The position numbers were made by a program, and so were the translations under genes. Shown here in pieces: positions 44,206-52,370 of a stretch of DNA of 64,000 bases (the stretch's first letter is position 1; every line of letters begins with the position of its first letter). The notes under the pieces are model-generated. The model was not told the origin of the DNA. It worked only from the letters and a program-made list of their open reading frames with translations, and searched no databases. The stretch comes from an uncultured Neisseria sp. (GTDB taxonomy: Bacteria > Pseudomonadota > Gammaproteobacteria > Burkholderiales > Neisseriaceae), in contig CAUOMQ010000001.1 in the NCBI GenBank assembly GCA_963456805.1, forward strand, positions 3,699 through 67,698, written 5' to 3'.

Positions 44206-44231
44206 TCAAATGCGACGACGTCGTCGCATTT
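44206..44231. repeat. Phage palindrome copy 3 (TCAAATGCGACGACGTCGTCGCATTT)
   Basis: A perfect palindrome that overlaps the stop of the wHTH gene and lies 5' of SD GAGGAG of the next gene. Confidence 0.85.
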
Positions 44232-44514
44232 AGTAAATTCGGTTTTCCAATTCTTGCAAGCGCGCATTTAACCGCTCTTGCTGTTTTCTAAATCGCTCTG
44301 CGATTTGCAGGGTTTTGATGCCGTAGGCGTAGTTTCCGTTATCCAACTTGACCACCAACCCAGAAGCAATCAAATCATCGAGATCCCTACTGATTTGTGT
44401 TGGTGTCATCCCCAGCCCAACCGATAAATCTTTATTACTCAGGCCAATAATTGGATGTTCATCAAGCGCGATAAAGACCCTCAATAGTCGCTGTACCCTT
44501 TTACTTTCTGCCAT
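44230..44514 (-). CDS. Winged-helix DNA-binding protein
   Basis: 94 aa. ..LSNKDLSVGLGMTPTQISRDLDDLIASGLVV.. resembles a MarR/IclR-type wHTH. Confidence 0.55.
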   Translation of the reverse strand: MAESKRVQRLLRVFIALDEHPIIGLSNKDLSVGLGMTPTQISRDLDDLIASGLVVKLDNGNYAYGIKTLQIAERFRKQQERLNARLQELENRIY

Positions 44515-44522
44515 ATCGACTC

Positions 44523-44711
44523 CTACGCTGCGTCTTGTTTGGACTTAAGCCCGAGTTCCAGCGCGATTTGATGCGCCTTCCCCCGATTTGCCTTGACGGT
44601 TCCGTTCAGAATGCGGGACACGTACGTCGGGTCATAGCCACGCGCCATGCACCAATCCTTCATCGTTTCGCCGCGCTCTCGGAAACCTGCTTTTATTTTT
44701 TCTGCTTTCAC
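44523..44711 (-). CDS. ner: Ner/Cro-like early regulator
   Basis: 62 aa from GTG 44711 (SD AGGAG) with the HTH ..YDPTYVSRILNG.. . It is divergent from the c repressor gene. Confidence 0.7.
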   Translation of the reverse strand: MKAEKIKAGFRERGETMKDWCMARGYDPTYVSRILNGTVKANRGKAHQIALELGLKSKQDAA

Positions 44712-44747
44712 GGAATATCTCCTGTTTGGTTCTCGTGTTAAAATCCT

Positions 44748-44771
44748 GATTGTTTAAATCTTTAAACAATC
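44748..44771. promoter_or_regulatory. Operator-like palindrome in the c/ner intergenic region
   Basis: GATTGTTTAAA-TC-TTTAAACAATC, with 11-nt perfect arms. Confidence 0.5.
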
Positions 44772-44799
44772 TTGTATCAAACTTGATGCAAGTATAATA

Positions 44800-44831
44800 G
44801 GAATATTTCTAGCTAGCAAGATTATTTCTAG
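44800..44831. promoter_or_regulatory. Direct repeats GGAATATTTCTAG / GATTATTTCTAG (third copy at 45068-45080 inside c); TATAAT at 44793-44798
   Basis: The TATTTCTAG core occurs three times within 280 bp, two copies between the -10-like TATAAT and the c start. Confidence 0.4.
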
Positions 44832-44853
44832 TTTATTTTTAAGGATTAATTCT

Positions 44854-45519
44854 ATGAGTTTGATTTTTACTGGAAATATTCGTGAACTTCTTGCGAAAGA
44901 AGAGCTGACTATCGCCGAATTTGCCGATTTGATAGATGAAAAAGTATCTAGGGTAAATGATGTTTTAAGCGGAAAACAGCGTCCACCATTTGATATGGTG
45001 GAAAAAATATTGAGCAAATTTGATGTTGATGCAAACTGGCTGATTTCTGGAAAAAAGAATAGTAAAAGGAATATTTCTAGGTTGACGGCATTGTCAGACG
45101 ATTACGCCTATATCCCCATGTTCGATGTAGAAGTATCTGCGGGCAACGGCACGACTGCCTACGGTGTAACCGACCCCGCCAATCATCTGGCATTCAGAAG
45201 AGAATGGCTGCTCCAGCGCGGCTTGCATGAGCAAGACCTCAACATCGTTACAGCCAAAGGAGACAGCATGGAGCCGACCATCAGCAGCAAAGACACGCTG
45301 CTGGTTGATACCTCCAAAACCAATCCGCGCGATGGCCATATCTACGTCATCCGCAGCGGCGACGTGTTATGGGTAAAGCGAGTCCAACGACAAATCGACG
45401 GCAGCCTGCTCTTGATTTCCGACAACACGACCTATCCGCCTATGCCGCTGATGTTGTCAGACCATCCGGACATACAGGTTATTGGCCAAGTGGTTCAGAT
45501 TTCAAAAGACCTGAACTAG
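44854..45519 (+). CDS. CI/LexA-type (S24 peptidase) prophage repressor
   Basis: 221 aa with an N-terminal HTH (..LTIAEFADLIDEKVSRVNDVLSG..) and a C-terminal autocleavage domain (..AKGDSMEPTI.., ..WVKRV..). Confidence 0.85.
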   Translation: MSLIFTGNIRELLAKEELTIAEFADLIDEKVSRVNDVLSGKQRPPFDMVEKILSKFDVDANWLISGKKNSKRNISRLTALSDDYAYIPMFDVEVSAGNGTTAYGVTDPANHLAFRREWLLQRGLHEQDLNIVTAKGDSMEPTISSKDTLLVDTSKTNPRDGHIYVIRSGDVLWVKRVQRQIDGSLLLISDNTTYPPMPLMLSDHPDIQVIGQVVQISKDLN

Positions 45520-45542
45520 TCACAATCCAAAAGGGAAATAGA

Positions 45543-46103
45543 ATGAAAATACTCGCTTTATTAGTTGCCGCCACCTGTGCTTTATTTGCGTGTAGCGGTC
45601 AATATGAAGAGCAACCGGCACCTGCCCAGCCTCAAGAGCAAGTTCAATCCGAATTGAAAACCATGTCGGCAAGCTATGCCGAATATCAAGCAGCAGCCAA
45701 TAAAGGGCTTGCTGACCAAAAAACCGGCCTGACCTTGCCTGAACATGTAGCTCCAACCGATAAGACTGAAGGGAAGAATCTGCTGCATGATTTTTCAGAC
45801 GGCCTCACATTAACCGTTGATACCGATAAAGCTGACAAAATCACTGCTGTCCGAGTAGTCTGGAACACAGATGCGTCGTCTGAAAAAACAGAAAAACTGG
45901 CCAAAGCCGCTGCTGCTCTGATTGCAGCAACCGCTCCGGAAGATCACACCCTGTTACGTGACACTAATGAGCAAATCAAAATAGCGATTGACAACCATAA
46001 TGCGAAAAAAGACCCAACCCGTGAATGGGCGCGTGGTGGGATTGCTTATGAAGTCACTGTTACCAATTTACCGAGCGTGGTTTTGACGGCGAAACCTGAG
46101 TAA
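45543..46103 (+). CDS. Prophage lipoprotein co-transcribed with the repressor
   Basis: Start placed at ATG 45543 (MKILALLVAATCALFAC|SGQ.., lipobox LFAC, SD AAGGGA), 23 nt after the c stop. Confidence 0.7.
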   Translation: MKILALLVAATCALFACSGQYEEQPAPAQPQEQVQSELKTMSASYAEYQAAANKGLADQKTGLTLPEHVAPTDKTEGKNLLHDFSDGLTLTVDTDKADKITAVRVVWNTDASSEKTEKLAKAAAALIAATAPEDHTLLRDTNEQIKIAIDNHNAKKDPTREWARGGIAYEVTVTNLPSVVLTAKPE

Positions 46104-46279
46104 CCTGCATTACAGTCACAGACTGTTTGATCATCCGATAATGATGTGCCCCAAACTTGTCTTTAATAGAAAGCAATTCTCTCAAAATCAGTTTTATCCT
46201 CCTTAAAAGATTAGTTACTTCAGAGTGCAGCCTGCATGTAGAAGACCTGAAAAATATAGGGAAAAACGGAGTATTCAAA

Positions 46280-47200
46280 ATGGAACAGTCCAATTTAAAC
46301 CTTGATAGACAATCTGAAACTGAAACGTTCACCATTTCGTATAATTCTGCTGATGCCGATTTACAGAACCATCGGCTAAATGCAGGAGATTTAGCAACAG
46401 CCATTAAAGAAATGAATGACTTATTGGTAAAATCTGATAAGGTCTTAAATGGGAAAAAACGAAGTTTTGAAGTATTTGTAGAAGCGCCTGCAAAAGAGGG
46501 ATCACTCGGTGTTCAATTTTTAGTAGAAATGTTGAATCCTGAGAATGCTATGCCAGTTTTAGCCGCCGTTGGTGTGGTAGGAGGACTAGTAAAAACAACT
46601 TTTGATGTTGCTCGTGAAATGAATGGGCATACTTATCTTGATATTGAAACATGCGAAGATTCAGATGATGCCACAATTAAATTGGATGGGAAGACTATTA
46701 CCAGCCATGAGGATGTAGCGGTTTTGATATCCTATCCGGAAATCAGGGAATCCATTAAAAAGATTGTGACTGTACCTTTAGAAAACCATGAACAACCGGA
46801 ATTTAAAATTTTTAAATCTACTTCTACTGATACCGAAACCAGTGAAGCAAAAATCGAAACCGTCTCATTTGATGAAAAAGCAATCAAAGCAATTAGTCAG
46901 CTGAATACTCAGAATAAAGACCCTCAGATAGTTACCTTGAAAGCAGTCATCACTTTCGTCAAAATTAATTTTACGGGCAAGAAAGGCTGGAAAATTAAAT
47001 TAGACGGGAAAGAAGTCCCTGTAGAAATCAAAGACGACAATTTTTTTCTCCGAATTAAAAAGGCTACTCTTTCTTTTAAAGATGGAGATGAATACAATGC
47101 CGTATTAGAGCGTACATCACGATTTGATGGTAAAACCAATCAGGAAAAATTCAGTTATGCACTGATTAGCGCCAAGAAAAAGCGTAAACCTAAAAAATAA
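46280..47200 (+). CDS. Hypothetical 306-aa protein, first gene of the AT-rich cassette
   Basis: Start placed at ATG 46280 (MEQSNLNLDRQ.., GGAG upstream). It has a Gly-rich hydrophobic segment AMPVLAAVGVVGGLV, a duplicated IKLDGK(T/E) motif and the basic tail KKKRKPKK. I recognise no catalytic motif. Confidence 0.6.
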   Translation: MEQSNLNLDRQSETETFTISYNSADADLQNHRLNAGDLATAIKEMNDLLVKSDKVLNGKKRSFEVFVEAPAKEGSLGVQFLVEMLNPENAMPVLAAVGVVGGLVKTTFDVAREMNGHTYLDIETCEDSDDATIKLDGKTITSHEDVAVLISYPEIRESIKKIVTVPLENHEQPEFKIFKSTSTDTETSEAKIETVSFDEKAIKAISQLNTQNKDPQIVTLKAVITFVKINFTGKKGWKIKLDGKEVPVEIKDDNFFLRIKKATLSFKDGDEYNAVLERTSRFDGKTNQEKFSYALISAKKKRKPKK

Positions 47201-47211
47201 TTTGTATAGGA

Positions 47212-47460
47212 ATGAGAATGGCTGTTGTAGATTTTGTGTACAACAATCTGCTTTGGATAGGGATAATTTTGCTTATCCCTGTTTTCTCACGTCTAATGAA
47301 AATCATATTTTTCGAACTTTCCCTCTTCTTCAAACCTAACCATAAACTTACTATTCGACATTTCCATGAAGGCGCATTAAAAGACGAAATCACAATAGAC
47401 CTCAATGCTAATGAACCACTTGTCAGACAAATCAAGCGTATAAAACAGGGGGCAAAATGA
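47212..47460 (+). CDS. Small membrane protein (82 aa), cassette gene 2
   Basis: One N-terminal TM segment (LLWIGIILLIPVF), 11 nt after gene 1. Confidence 0.55.
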   Translation: MRMAVVDFVYNNLLWIGIILLIPVFSRLMKIIFFELSLFFKPNHKLTIRHFHEGALKDEITIDLNANEPLVRQIKRIKQGAK

Positions 47461-47855
47461 ATTCTGAAACAAATAACGTTGCCTCAGTACCTAAGGGTCA
47501 ATATGCCATTACAGCAGGTTGCTCTACGCTAGTTATTTGGGTCATCAATAATATCTTGCCTTCCAATCTAACAGAAATATTAATTGGTATCTCCCCCATT
47601 TTGGGTTCAATCATTGCATATTTTGTTTCTCTAGCCATTGCACAATGGGGATATACCCCAGAAGAAATTAAAATACGAAGAAAGTTGAAAACAGATAAAA
47701 AGAGTTTGGAGAAACTGTTGGATGATGCCAAAAAATATCCTCACCGTTATGAAGAATCCTATATCAACCAATTAAAACAAGAATTACAAGAAACCAATCT
47801 GGAATTGACTCGAGTTGGGCGAAAATCTTTAGAGCAAAATAATACAGACAAGTAA
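47457..47855 (+). CDS. Two-TM protein with coiled-coil tail (132 aa), cassette gene 3
   Basis: ATGA overlap with gene 2. TM segments lie around residues 18-36 and 40-63, followed by a charged helical C-terminus. Confidence 0.6.
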   Translation: MNSETNNVASVPKGQYAITAGCSTLVIWVINNILPSNLTEILIGISPILGSIIAYFVSLAIAQWGYTPEEIKIRRKLKTDKKSLEKLLDDAKKYPHRYEESYINQLKQELQETNLELTRVGRKSLEQNNTDK

Positions 47856-47866
47856 TTTTAACCCCC

Positions 47867-47936
47867 TTTAAAAGCCCATTCAGACGACCTTTCCTAAAAT
47901 CCCTGTATTGATTTCAACCTCAATACAGGGATTTTT
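47867..47936 (+). terminator. Late-leader module copy: TTTAAAAG + DUS + strong hairpin + T5, ending 2 nt before the endolysin ATG
   Basis: TTTAAAAGCCCATTCAGACGACCTTT-CCTAAA-ATCCCTGTATTGA/TTTCAACC/TCAATACAGGGAT-TTTTCT-ATG. Confidence 0.75.
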
Positions 47937-47938
47937 CT

Positions 47939-48442
47939 ATGTCAGACAAATTCAACCAATTCATCAACCGCGTCCTTTCTCACGAGGGCGGTTACGTCAA
48001 CCATCCCAAAGACCCCGGCGGCGAAACCAATTGGGGCATCACCAAGCGTACCGCGCAGGCAAACGGCTTTACCGGCTCCATGCGTGCCATGACCCGCGAA
48101 CAGGCTATCGGCATTTACCGTAAAGCGTTTTGGGAGCGTTACCACGCCGACAAAATGCCCGAAGCGGTCGCTTTCCAATTTTTTGATGCCTGCGTCAACC
48201 ACGGTTACGGCAATGCCGCCCGTATGCTCCAACGCGCCGCAGGCGTGCCGGACGACGGCATCATCGGCGAAATCAGCCTCAAAGCCATCAATTCCCTCAC
48301 CGAAAACGACCTTTTATTGCGGTTCAACGCCGAGCGTCTGGTCTTTTATACCAAGCTCGGTACGTTCACGTCTTTCGGCAAAGGCTGGGTCCGCCGCGTC
48401 GCGCAAAACCTGATCCACGCATCAGCGGACAACATTGATTAA
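47939..48442 (+). CDS. Endolysin, GH108 N-acetylmuramidase with PG-binding domain
   Basis: 167 aa. ..VLSHEGGYVNHPKDPGGETNWGIT.. is the GH108 signature. Confidence 0.85.
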   Translation: MSDKFNQFINRVLSHEGGYVNHPKDPGGETNWGITKRTAQANGFTGSMRAMTREQAIGIYRKAFWERYHADKMPEAVAFQFFDACVNHGYGNAARMLQRAAGVPDDGIIGEISLKAINSLTENDLLLRFNAERLVFYTKLGTFTSFGKGWVRRVAQNLIHASADNID

Positions 48443-48455
48443 AAAAGGAGCAATC

Positions 48456-48626
48456 ATGTCAAAAAAGTCTTTACTCGCCCTAATGGCCGCCGTGATGTCT
48501 CCCAGTTTCAGCGTCGATCTGGGCATTCGTTCAGCTATACCTTCTCAGGGATGTCGGACGATGCCTCACCGTCCAAGCGGGGTAGCGGCAGCGAAACGCG
48601 CCGCGAAGAAAAACCGTCAAAAATGA
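48456..48626 (+). CDS. Small basic protein with hydrophobic N-terminus (possible holin/antiholin partner)
   Basis: ATG 48456 with SD AAGGAG; 56 aa; ATGA overlap with the next gene. Confidence 0.35.
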   Translation: MSKKSLLALMAAVMSPSFSVDLGIRSAIPSQGCRTMPHRPSGVAAAKRAAKKNRQK

Positions 48627-48889
48627 CCGGCTTTTTCCGATGGCTGGGCGGTTTAGTCTCCAATCCCGCAACCGGAAAAATCAGCCATACCAAATTATGG
48701 GCAAACGTTGCCGCTGCAGCGATGACCTATAAATTCTCGCTCTCGCCAGATGCCCCCGAATGGCTTTGGTGGGCATACGGCGCAATGGTCGGCGGCTACG
48801 CCTTAATCAAACGCAGTATTGCCGCCGTACCGCAGTTGGCGGAAATCAAAAAATCCGCGAATCCGGAAGAATGGAGCGGCAATGATTGA
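48623..48889 (+). CDS. Putative holin (88 aa, two TM segments)
   Basis: Start placed at ATG 48623 (MTGFFRWLGG..), positioned between the endolysin and the spanins. Confidence 0.5.
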   Translation: MTGFFRWLGGLVSNPATGKISHTKLWANVAAAAMTYKFSLSPDAPEWLWWAYGAMVGGYALIKRSIAAVPQLAEIKKSANPEEWSGND

Positions 48890-49271
48890 TTTTTTGTACA
48901 AAAACAAATCGGCATTGGCATGGCGTACATTGATTGTTTTGGGCATCTGGCTAAGCGGCTATCACTATGCTGCCGACAAAGCCGATGCCAAGCAAACCGC
49001 CCTGATTACCGCCTACCAAAACTCATCAATGGCGGCAGCCAAACAATACGCCGACGAGCTTAAAAAAGCGCAGGCGGAAACGAAGCGTTGGCATGACTTC
49101 GCGCAGCGTCAAAGCATCGAGCTGGCATCCGCCCTGAGCGAACTGGATAAAAATAAAAACACTTTACAGGAGCAAACGCATGACGCGATTAAAAAAGACG
49201 GCAATGGTTTTAACGGTATCGGCTCTAACAGCCTGCAACTCTACAACCGTGCCTTCGGATACCCCGATTAA
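48882..49271 (+). CDS. i-spanin (Rz-like)
   Basis: Start placed at ATG 48882 (MIDFLYKNKS..). It has an N-terminal TM segment and a coiled coil, and the o-spanin gene overlaps its 3' part. Confidence 0.65.
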   Translation: MIDFLYKNKSALAWRTLIVLGIWLSGYHYAADKADAKQTALITAYQNSSMAAAKQYADELKKAQAETKRWHDFAQRQSIELASALSELDKNKNTLQEQTHDAIKKDGNGFNGIGSNSLQLYNRAFGYPD

Positions 49272-49470
49272 AACCGTACCGATAGTGGATTTGCCGCCTG
49301 TATCTACCGGGCTGCTGGTCAAATACGAACGCCCCGAGCGTCCGACCGGCGGCTCACCCGAACAACTCTTAAACCATGCCGTACGTTACGGCGAATACTG
49401 CCAAAAATTGGAAGTCCAAGTCTCCGGGTGGCAGGACTGGTACACGAAAGGCCGTCTGAAAAATGACTGA
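49180..49470 (+). CDS. o-spanin lipoprotein (Rz1-like), overlapped architecture
   Basis: MTRLKKTAMVLTVSALTAC|NS.. with the lipobox LTAC. It is Pro-rich and starts inside the i-spanin gene in another frame. Confidence 0.7.
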   Translation: MTRLKKTAMVLTVSALTACNSTTVPSDTPIKTVPIVDLPPVSTGLLVKYERPERPTGGSPEQLLNHAVRYGEYCQKLEVQVSGWQDWYTKGRLKND

Positions 49471-49672
49471 TTTTGCCGACCGCGCATCAGAGCGTGAAGC
49501 CATATTTTTGGAAGAGTCCCTGGCGAAACATCAAAACACACCGGAACGTGCCGACAGCCTGAGCCATTGCGAAGATTGCGGCAGCCCGATACCGGAAGCA
49601 AGGCGAAAAGCAGTCAAAGGCTGCACCCGCTGCATCGTTTGCCAAGAATATTTCGAACACGGATGGCCTTAA
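49463..49672 (+). CDS. TraR/DksA-family C4 zinc-finger protein
   Basis: 69 aa with ..CEDCGSPIPEARRKAVKGCTRCIVCQE.. . Confidence 0.75.
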   Translation: MTDFADRASEREAIFLEESLAKHQNTPERADSLSHCEDCGSPIPEARRKAVKGCTRCIVCQEYFEHGWP

Positions 49673-49674
49673 AA

Positions 49675-49995
49675 ATGGAAAAAACCTTTATACACATCGA
49701 ATTTTGGCAGTTGGTCGGATTTCTTCTCTCCTTCCTCGGCATCTGTTTTACCTTCGGCAAAATGCTGCTGGCGCAATTCCGCGAGCAGCAGGACGAACGC
49801 CAAAAACAGCAAGAACGCCTGCAAGGCAAAGTCGAAATCATGGAAAACAAACTGGCGGAATTTAACGCCGGCCTGCCTCTGACCTATGTTTTGCGGGAAG
49901 ACTACATCCGCAATCAGGTCGTCCTCGAAGCCAAGCTCGACAATGTTGCCGAAAAACTCACTGAAATATACAAGATGGAAAGCGTAAAGAAATGA
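49675..49995 (+). CDS. Membrane-anchored coiled-coil protein
   Basis: Start placed at ATG 49675 (MEKTFIHIEFWQLVGFLLSFLGICF..). Confidence 0.5.
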   Translation: MEKTFIHIEFWQLVGFLLSFLGICFTFGKMLLAQFREQQDERQKQQERLQGKVEIMENKLAEFNAGLPLTYVLREDYIRNQVVLEAKLDNVAEKLTEIYKMESVKK

Positions 49996-50309
49996 TTAGC
50001 CAAGAATTGATTGCCAAACAACGCCGCGAGGGGATGCGTTGGAACATCATCAACACCCTTAATAAAGCCCGCCCGCACACCACCAGCGAGACCTTTCTGC
50101 TGGACATCATGAACGCGATTTACCCGCAGACCACCGCCACCGAACTGCGCCAGCAGCTCGACTACCTTGCCGACCGCAAAATGGTCGAGCTGAATAAAGC
50201 ACCGCACGGCTTGTGGTTTGCCGACCTGACCAGTTTGGGTGTCGATATTGCCGAATACACAGTCGAGTGCCGCGCCGGTATCGCCCGCCCCGAAAAAGTG
50301 TGGAGCTGA
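49992..50309 (+). CDS. Hypothetical protein (105 aa)
   Basis: Overlap-coupled ORF upstream of the terminase genes. Confidence 0.5.
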   Translation: MISQELIAKQRREGMRWNIINTLNKARPHTTSETFLLDIMNAIYPQTTATELRQQLDYLADRKMVELNKAPHGLWFADLTSLGVDIAEYTVECRAGIARPEKVWS

Positions 50310-50310
50310 T

Positions 50311-50856
50311 ATGGCAAAACGCAGCGTCATCGACCAGCTCCCTGAAGCCGTCCGACACGAGTTTGAGCGCAAGCTCGTCGAAAACGGCTTCGCCGACTAT
50401 CAGGCATTATCCGAATGGTTGCAGCAGCAGGGCTACGAAATCAGCCGCTCCGCCGCCCATCGGTACGGCCAAAAAGTACAGCGTCGGTTTGCCGCCATCA
50501 AAAATAGTACCGAAGCGGCACGCCTGATTGCCGAAGGCGCGGCAGACGAAGGGGATACCCGCTCCGAAGCCTTAATGGCGATGTTGCAGACAGAGTTGTT
50601 TGAGGCATTGGTGCAGATTGGCGAGATGCCCGAAGACGAGTTAAACGCACTTGACCGTTTCGGGATTATGAGCGAGGGCGCGCGCAAAATCAGCGGTCTG
50701 ATTACCGCCGGAACGCGCCTTAAAGAATATCAGGCAAAAGTTAAAGCCAAAGTCGAAGCCGCCGCCGAAAACGTGGCCAAGCAGGCAAAAAAAGGCGGGC
50801 TGTCCGACGCGGCTGCCGAAGCCATCCGCAAACAGATTTTAGGTATCGCATCATGA
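50311..50856 (+). CDS. Mu gp27-like small terminase subunit (DUF3486-type)
   Basis: Start placed at ATG 50311 (MAKRSVIDQLPEAVRHEFERKL..). It overlaps the large terminase start. Confidence 0.7.
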   Translation: MAKRSVIDQLPEAVRHEFERKLVENGFADYQALSEWLQQQGYEISRSAAHRYGQKVQRRFAAIKNSTEAARLIAEGAADEGDTRSEALMAMLQTELFEALVQIGEMPEDELNALDRFGIMSEGARKISGLITAGTRLKEYQAKVKAKVEAAAENVAKQAKKGGLSDAAAEAIRKQILGIAS

Positions 50857-52349
50857 CATTGCCCAAAACCGAAGACCGCACGCCATCGGCATTGCTTCCT
50901 TATCAGCAGCGTTGGTGCGCCGATAACTCTCCCGTCAAACTCTGCGAAAAATCCCGACGCATCGGTCTGAGCTGGGGCGAGGCTGCCGATACCGCCTTAC
51001 TTGCCGCCTCATCTGGCGGCATGGACGCATGGTACATAGGCTACAACAAAGACATGGCTTTGGAGTTTATCCGCGATTGTGCCAACTGGGCGAAATTCTA
51101 CGGCTTGGCGGCTGGCGAAATCGAAGAAACCGAAGAAGTGTTTGTTGAAGGAGACGACAAAAAATCCGTCCTCGCCTTCGTCATCCGTTTCGCGTCCGGC
51201 TGGCGCGTTACCGCCTTATCCAGCCGCCCCTCAAACCTTCGCGGTAAGCAGGGGCGCGTCATCATCGACGAGGCGGCGTTCCACGAGCAGCTCGGCGAGC
51301 TGCTCAAAGCGGCAATGGCATTACTAATGTGGGGCGGTCAGGTACACATCATCTCTACCCATGACGGTGTGGACAATCCGTTCAACGAGCTGATTACCGA
51401 CATCCGTGCGGGCAAAAAGCCGTACTCCATCCACCGCATTACTTTCGACGAGGCCGTTTCAGACGGCCTCTACCGCCGCATCTGCCTGCGTTTGGGTAAA
51501 GAGTGGACGAAAGAGGGAGAGGAGGCATGGTGCAAAGAGATTCGTGATTTCTACGGCGACGATGCATCCGAAGAGTTGGACTGCATCCCTAAAAACGGCG
51601 GCGGCAAATGGCTCAACCGAGCCTTGATTGAGAGCCGTATGAGTCCTTATACGCCGGTTATCAGATACGACCAAAGCGATGAGTTCGGCCTCTTGCCCGA
51701 GCCGCGCCGCGCCGCCGAAGTAGCGGACTGGATAGCCGACACCCTGCAACCGCTGCTCGACGGTTTGGATAAAACCCGGGTTTCCTTTGTGGGTGAAGAC
51801 TTTGCCCGCAGCGGAGACCGTACTGTCATCGTCCCTTTATTGCAGCAGCCTAATTTAAGCCTTAAGCCGCCGTTCGTATTGGAGTTGGGCAATATGCCGT
51901 TTGCTCAACAAGAGCAAATCATGAAACACCTGTTGCACGGCTTACCCAATCTGCGCGGAGCGGCATTGGACGCGCGCGGCAACGGTCAGTCAATCGCCGA
52001 AGCCATGCGCGACGAATTTGGCGCGGAGGTATGCGAGTCGGTCATGCTCTCGGAAAACTGGTACCGCACCCATACCGCTCCGTTCGAAGCCGCCCTCGAA
52101 GACGGCACGTTGGACGCAATCCCCAAAGACGAAGACATCCTGACCGACCTGCGCGCCTTCGAGCTGGTCAGAGGCGTGCCGCGCATCCCCGATGCACGCA
52201 CCAAAGGTCAAGACGGCAAAAAACGCCACGGCGACGCGGCGATTGCCTTTGTCCTTGCCCATTACGCCAGCCGCGAGCTGAATACCGGACCGATACGCGT
52301 AGCCAGCCGCCGAATCCGCCGAAAAAGCGCATTAACCAAAGGTTATTAA
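50853..52349 (+). CDS. Terminase large subunit (Mu gp28-like)
   Basis: 498 aa with ATPase-like ..VIIDEAAFH.. and a C-terminal nuclease-like region. The portal gene follows. Confidence 0.85.
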   Translation: MTLPKTEDRTPSALLPYQQRWCADNSPVKLCEKSRRIGLSWGEAADTALLAASSGGMDAWYIGYNKDMALEFIRDCANWAKFYGLAAGEIEETEEVFVEGDDKKSVLAFVIRFASGWRVTALSSRPSNLRGKQGRVIIDEAAFHEQLGELLKAAMALLMWGGQVHIISTHDGVDNPFNELITDIRAGKKPYSIHRITFDEAVSDGLYRRICLRLGKEWTKEGEEAWCKEIRDFYGDDASEELDCIPKNGGGKWLNRALIESRMSPYTPVIRYDQSDEFGLLPEPRRAAEVADWIADTLQPLLDGLDKTRVSFVGEDFARSGDRTVIVPLLQQPNLSLKPPFVLELGNMPFAQQEQIMKHLLHGLPNLRGAALDARGNGQSIAEAMRDEFGAEVCESVMLSENWYRTHTAPFEAALEDGTLDAIPKDEDILTDLRAFELVRGVPRIPDARTKGQDGKKRHGDAAIAFVLAHYASRELNTGPIRVASRRIRRKSALTKGY

Positions 52350-52370
52350 GGTATTTAAAGAGTACATATC

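Noticed and set aside
46060-46404. 114-aa minus-strand ORF across the lipoprotein/cassette junction
   Set aside because: It overlaps the 3' end of the lipoprotein gene and the 5' end of cassette gene 1 on the opposite strand. It has no SD and a low-complexity product.
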